A stretch of 64,000 bases of DNA from Bacteroidota bacterium (GCA_029262775.1 JAJCYR010000058.1:2653-66652); one strand, 5' to 3'; positions 8,005 to 18,001 are shown, counted from the stretch's first letter. Notes: generated by a model not told the origin, from the sequence alone. Program-made: numbers and translations.

Positions 8005-8457
8005 TCAGTTCGCGACCTGGCGTTTGGTGGAGTAGTTGATCCGTAGTGTACTGGCCTCGCGCAATTCCTGCTGCACGTCCAGGACCTTGCCCATCTCGGA
8101 CGTCTCATCGACGCGTAGTGACACGATCAGGCGCGGCTGCTCCACCAGCTTGCGGTGCATGACCGTACGGATGGCGCGCACATCGTCCATCAGGGCATCG
8201 TCAATCTGGACGGCCGTTTCGCCGAGGCGATTGTCCGCCAATTTCATGGGCCCGATCCAGATGTAGGATACAAGACGCTTCTGCTCAATCTTCGATATGG
8301 CTTCGGCCTGCGGCAGAATGGTGCGCACCTGCACCGTCTGCTCACGAAGCACCGTAGTCACCATGAAGAAAATCAGCAGCATGAAGATGATATCCGGAAG
8401 CGATGCTGTGGGGATATCTTCCTTTGTCTTGGCCTTCTTCTTGAAATGTGTACTCAT
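8005..8457 (-). CDS. exbD: biopolymer transport protein ExbD/TolR
   Basis: 'IPTASLPDIIFMLLIFFMVTT' is a single N-terminal TM helix followed by a periplasmic domain, at a typical ExbD length. Confidence 0.9.
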   Translation of the reverse strand: MSTHFKKKAKTKEDIPTASLPDIIFMLLIFFMVTTVLREQTVQVRTILPQAEAISKIEQKRLVSYIWIGPMKLADNRLGETAVQIDDALMDDVRAIRTVMHRKLVEQPRLIVSLRVDETSEMGKVLDVQQELREASTLRINYSTKRQVAN

Positions 8458-8472
8458 TGATGGTTCCTCGTC

Positions 8473-9036
8473 TCAGTTCTGGTCGGGCTCAGCAATGGAT
8501 ATCTGCGCCTTGATCTTCTCACGGATGGCATTGTCCGAGTCCTGACCCTCAACCACAACATCCACGTACTGCTGGTAATTCTCATACCCCAGACTGCGGG
8601 CTTCAGAGTCCCACATCTCGAAATAGCCCATCCAGACCTCATCCAGGACGTCCACGTACGCGTTGTACGGTGTTTCCCTCGATGTCTTGATGGAAACGAG
8701 CGCATTACCCGGCGATTCCGCGTAGCGCGGATCCCGCCCGTTGTTCAGAACGTGTGTTTTTACAACGTCTCGGATGAGTTGAACGGATGACGGCTCGTCT
8801 TCGACGAGAACCATGCCCTGTTCGTTCACCAGGATTTTGAGCACGTTGCGCTCCTTGATTGGTGGCGGCTCGACATCTTCTTCCAGCTTCGGTGGCAGCA
8901 GCATACCAATGCCCGTGTCGACATCAATGGTGGTGGTCACCAGGAAGAAGATGAGCAACAGAAACGCGATATCCGCCATCGATGACGTGGGGATTTCTGC
9001 CTCCGTGCGGCCTCTCTTCTGCATTAATTTTCCCAT
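8473..9036 (-). CDS. exbD: biopolymer transport protein ExbD/TolR (long form)
   Basis: 'IPTSSMADIAFLLLIFFLVTT' followed by an extended periplasmic C-terminus. It is a second ExbD paralog, as in Bacteroidota operons. Confidence 0.9.
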   Translation of the reverse strand: MGKLMQKRGRTEAEIPTSSMADIAFLLLIFFLVTTTIDVDTGIGMLLPPKLEEDVEPPPIKERNVLKILVNEQGMVLVEDEPSSVQLIRDVVKTHVLNNGRDPRYAESPGNALVSIKTSRETPYNAYVDVLDEVWMGYFEMWDSEARSLGYENYQQYVDVVVEGQDSDNAIREKIKAQISIAEPDQN

Positions 9037-9057
9037 GGGTTGCCTCCGCGCTATGGT

Positions 9058-9330
9058 TTAGCCGAACAATCCACGAACACCCGACAGCAGGAGAGCCCCT
9101 GCCGTCAAGCCGAGAGAGATCAGAACTGCCATGATGGCTGCCTCAGCCCACGACTCCATGACCAGACCCAATACGCCCAGGAGGGCAATGGGAATCATGG
9201 TCAGAACCATGGTCACTGGATTGATTTTGCCTTGCATCATGGACCGGATACCGAACAATCCGATGGCCACGAGGCTGAGCCCGGTAACCGCAAGAACCGT
9301 CCAGATGGCTATAGGTACTAAACCTTCCAT
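9058..9330 (-). CDS. small three-helix membrane protein embedded in the exbBD operon
   Basis: 90-aa ORF, almost entirely hydrophobic, lying 22 nt from both neighbours on the same strand. I recognise no family. Confidence 0.55.
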   Translation of the reverse strand: MEGLVPIAIWTVLAVTGLSLVAIGLFGIRSMMQGKINPVTMVLTMIPIALLGVLGLVMESWAEAAIMAVLISLGLTAGALLLSGVRGLFG

Positions 9331-9351
9331 TTTCTTTCAGTTTTGGGTTCG

Positions 9352-10050
9352 TCAGTTGTTGGATGTCGGGCGGCCTGCATTGAGCAGCACGAGCGAGTCA
9401 ATGAGCTCGATCGATGCTTCCTCCATGTCCACCACGATCCGGTCAATCTTGGACGTCACGTAGTTGTAGAAGAACTGCAGGATGATGGCCGTAATGAGGC
9501 CGAACACCGTAGTCAGAAGGGCAACCTTGATACCACCAGCAACGAGACTTGGCGAGATGTCACCCGCAGACTCAATGGCATCAAAGGCCTCAACCATACC
9601 GACGACGGTACCGAGGAACCCGAACATCGGAGCCAGAGAAATGAACAGAGAGAGCCAGACCATGCCGCGCTCCAGAAAGCTCATTTCTATGGATCCATAG
9701 CTTACAACCGCCTTTTCTACGGCTTCAATACCTTCGTCATGGCGCAGGAGACCGGCCTGGAACACAGAGGCCACCGGGCCACGCGTACCTGCACAGACTT
9801 CTTCCGCCGATGAAATGCCACCCTCTTCGAGAGCGCCTTTCACTTGGACAATGAACTTGCGCGTGTTGATATCCGCGCGATTAAGGGTGATGATTCGCTC
9901 GAAAGCGATGGCAAGGCCAACAATCAACGAAATGAGTACCGGCCACATATATTGGCCGCCTTCGTTGAAGCGCTGGACGAGAACATTTACAAGACCTTCG
10001 TTGGCGGCCGCTTCCTGCGGCAACATCAGAAGCAAACTGATAAGCTTCAT
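9352..10050 (-). CDS. exbB: MotA/TolQ/ExbB proton-channel protein
   Basis: 'SLAPMFGFLGTVVGMVEAF' and 'GGIKVALLTTVFGLITAI' are characteristic ExbB/TolQ helices. Confidence 0.9.
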   Translation of the reverse strand: MKLISLLLMLPQEAAANEGLVNVLVQRFNEGGQYMWPVLISLIVGLAIAFERIITLNRADINTRKFIVQVKGALEEGGISSAEEVCAGTRGPVASVFQAGLLRHDEGIEAVEKAVVSYGSIEMSFLERGMVWLSLFISLAPMFGFLGTVVGMVEAFDAIESAGDISPSLVAGGIKVALLTTVFGLITAIILQFFYNYVTSKIDRIVVDMEEASIELIDSLVLLNAGRPTSNN

Positions 10051-10110
10051 GAACTAATCCCTCCTCGTAGGAACAGGTTTCTTGACAATACGGATCAACC
10101 TCTCAGTCAA

Positions 10111-10142
10111 ACGGCCGCGTCATCATCAGTGATGAACGGCCG
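10111..10142 (-). other. compound stem-loop in the exbB 5' leader, downstream of the ctp stop
   Basis: ACGGCCG-CG-TCATCA-TCAG-TGATGA-A-CGGCCGT forms a 13-bp interrupted stem. It lies between the predicted promoter (10158-10186) and the exbB ATG (10050). Confidence 0.5.
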
Positions 10143-10157
10143 TCCAATTCAGATCGA

Positions 10158-10186
10158 ATAATATCCATTACGCAACCTATTGTCAA
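10158..10186 (-). promoter_or_regulatory. sigma70-type promoter for the exbB operon
   Basis: The minus strand reads TTGACA-N17-TATTAT, a perfect -35, optimal spacing and a 5/6 -10, about 110 nt upstream of the exbB ATG. Confidence 0.5.
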
Positions 10187-10252
10187 TGAAAAGACCGGAC
10201 GAATCCCCGGAAGTTGCCCGGTAGAGCGCAGATACGCACATGTTTTTTCGTT

Positions 10253-11929
10253 TCACCGCGCCTCTGAGTACAAAACAGCCAGATCACGTGCCGATTTCCA
10301 GAGCTTCTGGGATTCCAGAATCGTGTGGTCCACGTCCGACCACACCTCGAACCAGGCACTGCGGTCCCACAGCCGCGTGGCCATCCGGCCTTTGATGAGT
10401 GCATCCAACAGGTGCGCGTCCGCCTTCAGTTCTTCCGCCGTGAACGACTGGTGCTGCCCTTCCGCTACATCGTCCGGGATGGGCCTCCCCTCAACCGAGA
10501 GTCCCTTGGTCGTAAGCCAGTCCAGGACCTCGTTCTGCAGGGCCGCATCGACCTGGTATTCTTCTACGAACCGATCCGGACTGCTCCCCCAGGCCTCCTT
10601 GAAAGCCGCTCCGTTCGCATCGATCCAGTGGCGCACAAACTCGTTTCCAAGGCCCCGGCCCAACACGGCCCGCATGAAAGGTGACAGGCTGTCCGGTGCA
10701 ACGAGATAGTCCGGAATAATGCCCCCACCGGCTATAACCGTACGGCCGCCGTCGGTTCTGAATGTGAGTGAGTCGGCAATGCCCTCCAGCAACTCGGCAG
10801 CGTTCATGGCTCCATCTTCCTGCCGGATGTCAGCCTTCCCGGCGTAATAGTCGTCCCGGTCCCCGTCTTCGTAGGGTGTCTGGATGAGACGGCCCGAAGG
10901 CGTATAGTAGCGTGCCATGGTCAGCCGGATGGCGCCGCCATCCCGGGTCCGGTACTGCCGCTGGACCAGTCCCTTGCCGAAGGTACGGCGTCCCACGATG
11001 AGTCCCCGGTCATGGTCCTGCAGCGCACCGGCCACGATTTCGCTCGCAGACGCCGAATTGCCATCCACAAGCACCATCACCGGCTTGTCCTCCCAGAGTC
11101 CCCCACGCGTGGCGAGGAATGTCTCGTTACTGCCGCTGGCGCGCCCTTTCTGGGACACGATGATCTGTCCATTCTTGAGGAATTCATCGGCCATGCGTAC
11201 AGCCATATCCATGAAGCCCCCCCGATTACCCCGAAGATCCAGTACCAGTTCTTCCATGCCTTCGGCCATCAGGGTCTGCATGGCCGCGCGCAGTTCCTCG
11301 TGCGTCGTGCGGGCGAACCGGTTTATCCGGATGTACCCCGTGCGACCGTCGAGCATATAGGCCGCATCCATCGTGTAAATGGGAATTTTGTCCCGTGTGA
11401 TGGTGAAACTCAGCCGGCCAGATACGCCCGGACGGTCCACGCCGATCGTGACCTGCGACCCTCCGGGGCCTTTGAGATGGTTTTGGACATCGGCCGTCTT
11501 GAACCCGATCGTGGACGTGCCGTCGACCGTCATGATCCGGTCTCCGGACTGCAGGCCTATTTCCTCACTCGGTCCACCGGGAAGGACATTCAGCACGGAC
11601 AACGTATCCTGTCCGTCCTCGCCCGGCAGCAGTTCGAAGGAAATGCCAATGCCTTCGTATCCGGCGTTGAACTGCTCGTTTTCCACTTTCATCTGCTCGG
11701 CCGTGAAATACACGCTGTGCGGATCGAGCTTCTCGAGAATGCTGACCACGGCTGCTTCGGAAAGGGCATCGTAATCGACCTCATCCACGTACTGCTGGTC
11801 AATCAGGAAAAGCGTGTCCTCAATTTTCTGCAGGGCCTCTCGCGGATCGTCCGACATGAGGCGGACGGACAGGTCAAATCCGAGGAGCAGAATGGCCACG
11901 GAGAGCAGGCCGAGGGTCAGTTTACGCAT
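10253..11929 (-). CDS. S41 family carboxyl-terminal processing peptidase
   Basis: It has a PDZ region plus 'LVLDLRGNRGG' and 'LVDGNSASASEIVAGALQD'. It is trimmed to the ATG at 11929 ('MRKLTLGLLSVAILLLG', signal/anchor). Confidence 0.9.
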   Translation of the reverse strand: MRKLTLGLLSVAILLLGFDLSVRLMSDDPREALQKIEDTLFLIDQQYVDEVDYDALSEAAVVSILEKLDPHSVYFTAEQMKVENEQFNAGYEGIGISFELLPGEDGQDTLSVLNVLPGGPSEEIGLQSGDRIMTVDGTSTIGFKTADVQNHLKGPGGSQVTIGVDRPGVSGRLSFTITRDKIPIYTMDAAYMLDGRTGYIRINRFARTTHEELRAAMQTLMAEGMEELVLDLRGNRGGFMDMAVRMADEFLKNGQIIVSQKGRASGSNETFLATRGGLWEDKPVMVLVDGNSASASEIVAGALQDHDRGLIVGRRTFGKGLVQRQYRTRDGGAIRLTMARYYTPSGRLIQTPYEDGDRDDYYAGKADIRQEDGAMNAAELLEGIADSLTFRTDGGRTVIAGGGIIPDYLVAPDSLSPFMRAVLGRGLGNEFVRHWIDANGAAFKEAWGSSPDRFVEEYQVDAALQNEVLDWLTTKGLSVEGRPIPDDVAEGQHQSFTAEELKADAHLLDALIKGRMATRLWDRSAWFEVWSDVDHTILESQKLWKSARDLAVLYSEAR

Positions 11930-12084
11930 GGAGACAGGATGTTCTGGTAAGATGATTTCAAAACGGAGCCGGGCGGGGCAATGATCCCAGGCGGGTACGT
12001 ACATTCCGGTGAGTATGGGCACATTCCCGTCCGCATGTCGTTTCAGAGGCCCTACCCGGATTCCGAGCAGCCTGTCCCACACCC

Positions 12085-13749
12085 ATGACGAACAAGGAAA
12101 TTGCGCGCCTTCTGAAAGAGACGGCTGCCCTCTTGGAGCTTACAGGTGCGAATCCGTTTCGGATCCGGGCATTTTCGAGCGCCGCACGTACCATAGAGCG
12201 CATGCAGGAACGCCTCGCCGACGTCAATGAGTTGACCGCGATCCAGGGCATTGGCAAGGGGCTGGCGTCCCAGATCCGGGAACTCCTTGCGCGGGGCTCC
12301 TTCGATGTCCGGGATGAGCTGCTGGGTGCGGTTCCTCCGGGCGTCCTCGACGTTTTGTCGGTCAGGGGGCTCGGCGCCAGGAAGGCCCGTGTGCTGTGGC
12401 GCGAACTGGGCGTTACCTCGCTGGATGACCTGGAACGTGCCGCCCAGGCAGGCCGTGTGGCTGATCTCGATGGATTCGGCGCTCGCAGCCAGAAATCTAT
12501 TCTTGAGGGCGTAGAGGCGCTGCGACGCTTCATGGGACGGCAGCGCCTGGCCGACGCCGTGCGGACGGCCACCGCGCTCGCAACCGCCATCCGGGAGAGC
12601 GACCCGGCTGTCCAGGACGTGCAGTTCACCGGAAATCTCCGGCGGCAGCTGAACGATGTGGACTGCATTGAACTCTTGATCATCACACCCGGCGGTGCGC
12701 TGCCGCACCCATTACCGGCCGCTCTCCTTGACGCGACCCAACGTACCGAACGCGGGTTCGTCTGCGCCACGGGCACACTCGAATCGGGAATGAGCGCCCG
12801 TGTTCTGGTCTCTGGGCCAGAGGCTGCCGGCTGGGCGCTTGCCTGGAGCACGGGGCCCGAAGCATTCCGCACGCACATTCCTGCAGACACCGTTTCCGGC
12901 AGCGAAGAGGAGGTTTTCAAAGCGTGCGGCCTGTCCTGGATTCCTCCGGAACTGCGGGATCTGCCGGGTGCGGCCGGGCGGACAGATGCACTCGCCGCGC
13001 TCCGTCTCATCACACTGTCGGACTTCAGGGGGTGTCTGCACAACCACTCCACGTACAGTGATGGCGCGCACACGCTCGAGGAAATGGCGCGCGCAGCGCG
13101 CCTTCGCGGCTACACCTATTTCGGAATCTGTGATCACAGCCAGTCGCTTCGCGTAGCCGGCGGCATGACGCCGCAGACCGTCCAGGTGCAGCAGGAAGAA
13201 ATCCGGCGGTTGAACGAGGGGTTCGCGGGAGACGGCGGCCCGCCTCTCCGCATTTTCAGCGGCGTCGAAAGTGATATTCTCGCTGACGGAAGCCTGGACT
13301 ATGAGGACGACGTGCTGGCCTCGTTCGACTTTATTGTGGCCAGCATCCATTCGGGATTCAATATGACCCGGGAGGAGGCCACGTCGCGGCTCATCACCGC
13401 CATCGAGAACCCGTGGACACGCATCCTTGGCCACCCCACGGGACGCCTGATTCTCCGGCGGGACGGCTATGACGTGGACCACGAGGCTGTCCTGCAGGCC
13501 TGTGCCCGCCATGACGTGGCGGTCGAACTCAACGCCAACCCGTACCGGCTCGATCTGGACTGGACCTGGGTCGAAAGGGCCCGGCAGCTCGGCGTCCGCG
13601 TCGCCATCAACCCGGATGCCCACTCCACGGATCAGTTGGATCTGACCGAGTGGGGTGTACGTGCCGCCCGCAAGGGTGGGCTGCAGCCCGGTGAGTGCCT
13701 CAATACGCTCCATGCGGACGCCTTCGCCCGCTGGGCCTCCCGATCGTGA
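12085..13749 (+). CDS. polX: DNA polymerase X family protein with a C-terminal PHP phosphoesterase domain
   Basis: N-terminal HhH motifs ('MTNKEIARLLKETAALLELTGANPFRIRAF', 'IQGIGKGLA', 'VRGLGARKA') are followed by PHP motifs ('LHNHSTYSDG', 'ICDHS', 'ASIHSG', 'LGHPTG', 'NPDAHS'). Confidence 0.9.
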   Translation: MTNKEIARLLKETAALLELTGANPFRIRAFSSAARTIERMQERLADVNELTAIQGIGKGLASQIRELLARGSFDVRDELLGAVPPGVLDVLSVRGLGARKARVLWRELGVTSLDDLERAAQAGRVADLDGFGARSQKSILEGVEALRRFMGRQRLADAVRTATALATAIRESDPAVQDVQFTGNLRRQLNDVDCIELLIITPGGALPHPLPAALLDATQRTERGFVCATGTLESGMSARVLVSGPEAAGWALAWSTGPEAFRTHIPADTVSGSEEEVFKACGLSWIPPELRDLPGAAGRTDALAALRLITLSDFRGCLHNHSTYSDGAHTLEEMARAARLRGYTYFGICDHSQSLRVAGGMTPQTVQVQQEEIRRLNEGFAGDGGPPLRIFSGVESDILADGSLDYEDDVLASFDFIVASIHSGFNMTREEATSRLITAIENPWTRILGHPTGRLILRRDGYDVDHEAVLQACARHDVAVELNANPYRLDLDWTWVERARQLGVRVAINPDAHSTDQLDLTEWGVRAARKGGLQPGECLNTLHADAFARWASRS

Positions 13750-15464
13750 TGGGGCGTATTTCAGGTCCGCTGACCGGAGCCGCGCTCCTCGTTGTGGTAA
13801 TCGGACTCGTGATCCGGTATCTGACGTTCGGCGTCAATACGAACGACCGCCACATCGTGGCATCGTCTCTCGCCGATGCACTGGAACAACTCGGCCACCT
13901 GCACGCCGAGCGTGCCCCCTGGGTGACCTTTCACCTGCGACAGGTGGCCCTCTCCGGGTCCGCCCCGTGGCTCGGTCAACAGGCCCTGCCGAGCGACCAA
14001 CGTACCGCTGAGCTGCACATTGCCGAGCGCGCACGCGCCGCGTGGGAAACGCTGTCCGGCGCGGACCAGCGCCTCGTGGAGGCCTACACGCGCGGCATAA
14101 ACCAGGCCCTCACCGAGCGGCGCGTGCGCCTTGCCGCCGCTTTTGTGCTGCTCAATGTCACGCCCGAACCCTGGGAGCCATGGCAAACCCTGGCGGTGGA
14201 GCGGCTGGTTCTGTGGCTGCAGGGTGACGCCCTATCGGCCGCCGACTCCATACTCCAGCACCAGATTGGCTGGTACGGCGGAACGTGGAACGTCGCCTGG
14301 GGTAGCGGAAACGGCGCCACCATGGGGCGTTTTCTGATGGGCGACACGGCCGCCCCGTTCCTGCACGAAGTCCTGATAGACTGGCCTGGCACGTCCATGA
14401 CGGCCCTCACTGTGCCCGGTACGCTCATGCTTCCCATGGCGCGCCGCGAGACCGGAGCGCAGGCCGCCTCCTGGGCCTACCTGCTCCAACCCAACGTGAC
14501 ACGCGCGTCCGGCGACGGACGCGCGCGCGGTGCAACGGACTGGGTCCGGCTCCATGATGGCAGGCGCGACACCATTATCACGGTCAGCGTGCCCGACACC
14601 ACACGTGGCCTGCTCTCCCACGCCAGCGGCCCGGACCTGGCCTGGCCCGGTTTTACCGATCAGACCGACACGGATAGCTGGTTGGCCCTGTGGCGAGGCC
14701 AGGACGCACTCGATGCGTGGCAACTCATGCGGCCCGATGGGCTGAAGTGGACCCGGTCCGCTGGGGCATGGCGTGTACTGGGTACGCCCCGGACCCTCCG
14801 GCAGGTGCGCGGCGTCGTGATGATTGCGGCACAGCCGCCCGAAAGAACGCCCGCCGCTGTCATGGACCGGTTCTCCCTTGTTGATCTTCCCACGTCCTTC
14901 TACAGTGGCACGGCCCAATCCGGCCTGGATACGCTCCTCCAGGCCCTGCCCGACTCCTCCTCACTGCCGCGTCGAACCCGGCAGGCAGTGACTTACCTCG
15001 CAAACTGGAACACCCGTTTCGACGGTGGCGAAATCGGAGCCACCTTGTACGATGCCATGATATCGACAGCGGACACGGTATCGACTTCCAGCGTAGAGGA
15101 GCGTCTGACCCAGGCCATGACACGCGTGGAACGTGTATTTGGACCGGATATGAGCCTCTGGCGCTGGAGCAATGCGCACCCGGCCCAACTTCGCTGGCCT
15201 GGCTGGCACGCCCCCAACGACTCCATGCCGCGTCCCATTCGTATTTTCATGGAGCAATACCCCCCGGTAGACGTCCGAACCGGGGGACACCCCACCACCA
15301 TGGTATGGCGTCAGGCCACCGGCGCCCCCGCCTCGAATGCGTGGGAGGGCCTCCTCAGATCCGATGGCTCCCTGGCCTACCGAAGCCGCCGAGTTCCCTA
15401 TCAGCAATTCCTGGCTGACCATGCCGCCATCAACGAAATCCATGAGTTACGCCGTCGGAATTGA
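13749..15464 (+). CDS. penicillin-acylase (S45/Ntn)-like protein, short and divergent, N-terminally membrane anchored
   Basis: 'AYTRGINQAL', 'EPWEPWQTLAVERLVLWL', 'WNVAWGSGNG' and 'VPGTLMLPMAR' are colinear with acylase landmarks. The ATG at 13749 overlaps the polX TGA. The family call is moderately secure. Confidence 0.6.
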   Translation: MGRISGPLTGAALLVVVIGLVIRYLTFGVNTNDRHIVASSLADALEQLGHLHAERAPWVTFHLRQVALSGSAPWLGQQALPSDQRTAELHIAERARAAWETLSGADQRLVEAYTRGINQALTERRVRLAAAFVLLNVTPEPWEPWQTLAVERLVLWLQGDALSAADSILQHQIGWYGGTWNVAWGSGNGATMGRFLMGDTAAPFLHEVLIDWPGTSMTALTVPGTLMLPMARRETGAQAASWAYLLQPNVTRASGDGRARGATDWVRLHDGRRDTIITVSVPDTTRGLLSHASGPDLAWPGFTDQTDTDSWLALWRGQDALDAWQLMRPDGLKWTRSAGAWRVLGTPRTLRQVRGVVMIAAQPPERTPAAVMDRFSLVDLPTSFYSGTAQSGLDTLLQALPDSSSLPRRTRQAVTYLANWNTRFDGGEIGATLYDAMISTADTVSTSSVEERLTQAMTRVERVFGPDMSLWRWSNAHPAQLRWPGWHAPNDSMPRPIRIFMEQYPPVDVRTGGHPTTMVWRQATGAPASNAWEGLLRSDGSLAYRSRRVPYQQFLADHAAINEIHELRRRN

Positions 15465-16347
15465 CCTTGGAGGCACCAAGACAGACATCCTGGTGCGCCA
15501 CGGAACCGTGACCCGATCGCTCGGCATGGAAGGTGGCAATCTCCGAATGGATGATCCCGTCGCCACCGCCGGGCGTATTGCCGGTGCACTTCGTCCAGCC
15601 CTGACACACGATGCACCCGTTCGCCTCTGTATGGGTGCCGCCGGCGGGGATGACCGCAGCGCCTGCAACGCCCTCATCACGGAGCTTCACAAACAATGGC
15701 CCCGATTGCAGCACGCCACCGTCCTGTCCGACCAACGCATTGCCTGGGAGGCTGCCTTCAACGGGGAGCCCGGAGTGCTCGTGATTGCTGGAACGGGATC
15801 GGGCTGTTTCACGGTCAATACAGCGGGATGTGAGCATCGAACCGGCGGGTGGGGCCCGCGTGTGGGCGATCCGGGCAGCGGCCGTTCCCTGGGTAGGGCC
15901 GCCCTGCGTGCAACACTCGTGGCCGCCGAATCAGGGACGTTCTCCGTACTGGCCGAAGAGGTAGCAAGGCACCTTGTCGCCGGAACCACTCTGTTTGGTC
16001 CCGAAGCGGTGGCCACCACGGAGCTGCTTCGCTCTGTGTACGCCCCGGATTTCGAGGTGTCCGTGTTGGCGCCCGTGGTCCTCACTGCACTCGACAGGAA
16101 CTGCGCTGACGCCCGGCATGTGGTCTTGGACGAAGCGCAGGCGCTCGCCGAACAGTGCAGACGACTCGTGAACACGTCCTCTCCGTCGCGAAAACGGATC
16201 GCCCTCATGGGCGGTCTCATCCGCTCAAAAGCGTACGTTCGCATTCTGACAGCCGTGTTGGAAAGGGAAATCCCCGGCTATCACATCGGAACGCCCGACA
16301 CGCAACCCGTCATGGGTGCACTACGCCTGGCTCTCGGCGCCCATTGA
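15442..16347 (+). CDS. BadF/BadG/BcrA/BcrD-type ATPase (N-acetylglucosamine kinase-like)
   Basis: 'YAVGIDLGGTKT', 'VIAGTGSGCF', 'GGWGPRVGDPGSG' and 'LMGGL' are ASKHA sugar-kinase motifs. Confidence 0.8.
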   Translation: MSYAVGIDLGGTKTDILVRHGTVTRSLGMEGGNLRMDDPVATAGRIAGALRPALTHDAPVRLCMGAAGGDDRSACNALITELHKQWPRLQHATVLSDQRIAWEAAFNGEPGVLVIAGTGSGCFTVNTAGCEHRTGGWGPRVGDPGSGRSLGRAALRATLVAAESGTFSVLAEEVARHLVAGTTLFGPEAVATTELLRSVYAPDFEVSVLAPVVLTALDRNCADARHVVLDEAQALAEQCRRLVNTSSPSRKRIALMGGLIRSKAYVRILTAVLEREIPGYHIGTPDTQPVMGALRLALGAH

Positions 16348-16363
16348 CAGCGCCTGACAGGCC

Positions 16364-17941
16364 CTACATGATTGGCCCGGCAGCCCGGATTGCGTCGGAG
16401 CATCCCTCTTCGAACTGCTTGAAGTTGTCGCGGAAGAGACCTGCTAATTTTTTGGCTGTGGCGTCGTACTGCTCCGGCATATTCCACGTATCGCGCGGAA
16501 TAAGGACACGGTCCGGCACATCTGCCACCCGGGTCAGAATATCCATCCCGAATACGGGGTCCTTGGCTACCGGAGCGCCTACCAGCGAGCCATCATGGAT
16601 GGCATCAATGATGGCCCTCGTGTACTTCAGGCTCATGCGCTGGCCCGTGCCGTAGGCGCCGCCCGTCAGGCCGGTGTTGACCAGCCAGGCATTCGCACCG
16701 TGCTCCTTCATCTTCCTGGCCAGCATGAGTGCATATTCGTTCGGGTGCAGAATAATGAATGCCGCCCCGAAACAGGCTGAAAATGTCGCTTCCGGCTCGG
16801 TAACGCCAACCTCGGTACCCGCTACCTTGGCCGTGTAACCACTGATGAAGTGGTACATGGCCTGTTCGGGCGTCAACCGGGACACGGGCGGCAACACACC
16901 AAAAGCGTCATAGGTCAGGAAAATGATGTTTTTGGGGTGGGGGCCAATGCACGGAATCTTGGCATTTGCAACGTGTTCGATCGGGTAGGACGCACGTGTA
17001 TTCTGCGTGATGCTCACATCGTTGTAGTCCACCGCATGGGACGTCGCGTCGTAGACCACGTTTTCCAGGACCGTGCCAAAACGGATTGCCGAGAATATTT
17101 CCGGCTCCTTCTCCGCGGACAGATCAATGGCTTTGGCATAACAGCCTCCTTCAATATTGAACACGCCGTCCTCGGACCAACAATGCTCGTCGTCCCCAAT
17201 GAGCGCACGCTCCGGATCGGCCGAGAGCGTCGTCTTTCCCGTCCCGGAGAGGCCAAAAAACAGCGACACATCCTTGTCCGGGCCCTCATTGGCACTACAA
17301 TGCATGGACAGCACGCCCTTTTTGGGCATGATGTAATGCATGACACTGAAAATGCCCTTCTTCATTTCTCCGGCGTACTCCGTGCCCAGGATCACCAATT
17401 CGCCCGTGTTGAAGTTCAGATCCACACTCGTCTTCGACGTCATGTGTGAGGTGTTCTTGTTAGCCGGGAATTTGCCGGCGTTGTATATGATGTAATCCGG
17501 ATCGCCAAACGCCTCCAATTCCTCTTCCGTGGGCCGTATAAGCATGTTGTGCATGAACAGCGCATGGTACGGCCGTGTACATACAATCCGGACCTTGATA
17601 CGGTAGCGGGGGTCCCATCCAGCATACCCATCGAACACGTAGAGCCGGGGCAACGTGTTCAGGTAGTCGACCGCGCGCTCGCGATTTATGTCGAACGTGT
17701 GCTCGTCCAGTTCGATGTTGATTTTTCCCCACCATACGTCGTCCCGCACGTCGGACGTATTCACAATGCGCTTGTCAAGCGGACTGCGACCGGTTTTCCT
17801 GCCCGACCGGACCATGAGAGCACCTACGCTCGAAATGGCCGCACCTTCATCGTGCTGGATGGCTTCTTCGTAGAGCCGGGCGGGAGTAGCGTTGCGTACC
17901 AGGTTCTTGACTGTTATACCGTACTTTTCGAGCGTAAACAT
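16364..17941 (-). CDS. pckA: phosphoenolpyruvate carboxykinase (ATP)
   Basis: '[13 protein letters not shown]', 'IGDDEHCW' and 'NIEGGCYAK' are present, and the length is 525 aa. Confidence 0.95.
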   Translation of the reverse strand: MFTLEKYGITVKNLVRNATPARLYEEAIQHDEGAAISSVGALMVRSGRKTGRSPLDKRIVNTSDVRDDVWWGKINIELDEHTFDINRERAVDYLNTLPRLYVFDGYAGWDPRYRIKVRIVCTRPYHALFMHNMLIRPTEEELEAFGDPDYIIYNAGKFPANKNTSHMTSKTSVDLNFNTGELVILGTEYAGEMKKGIFSVMHYIMPKKGVLSMHCSANEGPDKDVSLFFGLSGTGKTTLSADPERALIGDDEHCWSEDGVFNIEGGCYAKAIDLSAEKEPEIFSAIRFGTVLENVVYDATSHAVDYNDVSITQNTRASYPIEHVANAKIPCIGPHPKNIIFLTYDAFGVLPPVSRLTPEQAMYHFISGYTAKVAGTEVGVTEPEATFSACFGAAFIILHPNEYALMLARKMKEHGANAWLVNTGLTGGAYGTGQRMSLKYTRAIIDAIHDGSLVGAPVAKDPVFGMDILTRVADVPDRVLIPRDTWNMPEQYDATAKKLAGLFRDNFKQFEEGCSDAIRAAGPIM

Positions 17942-18001
17942 GAGTCGCAGGGAATTGGTTGTCTCGTTCCACCAATGTAGTACCTGTCACTGATCTGGTC
18001 G

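Noticed and set aside
12631-12678. The PolX palm motif reads GNLRRQLNDVDCIELLI instead of the usual GS.RRG...(G)D.D.LV. At first sight the catalytic DxD looked replaced by C..E, which would suggest a polymerase-dead PolX.
   Set aside because: A DVD triplet is present 3 residues closer to the RR. A 3-residue loop deletion gives an intact DxD. I cannot decide between the alignments by eye, so no claim is made. A profile alignment or structure model would settle it.
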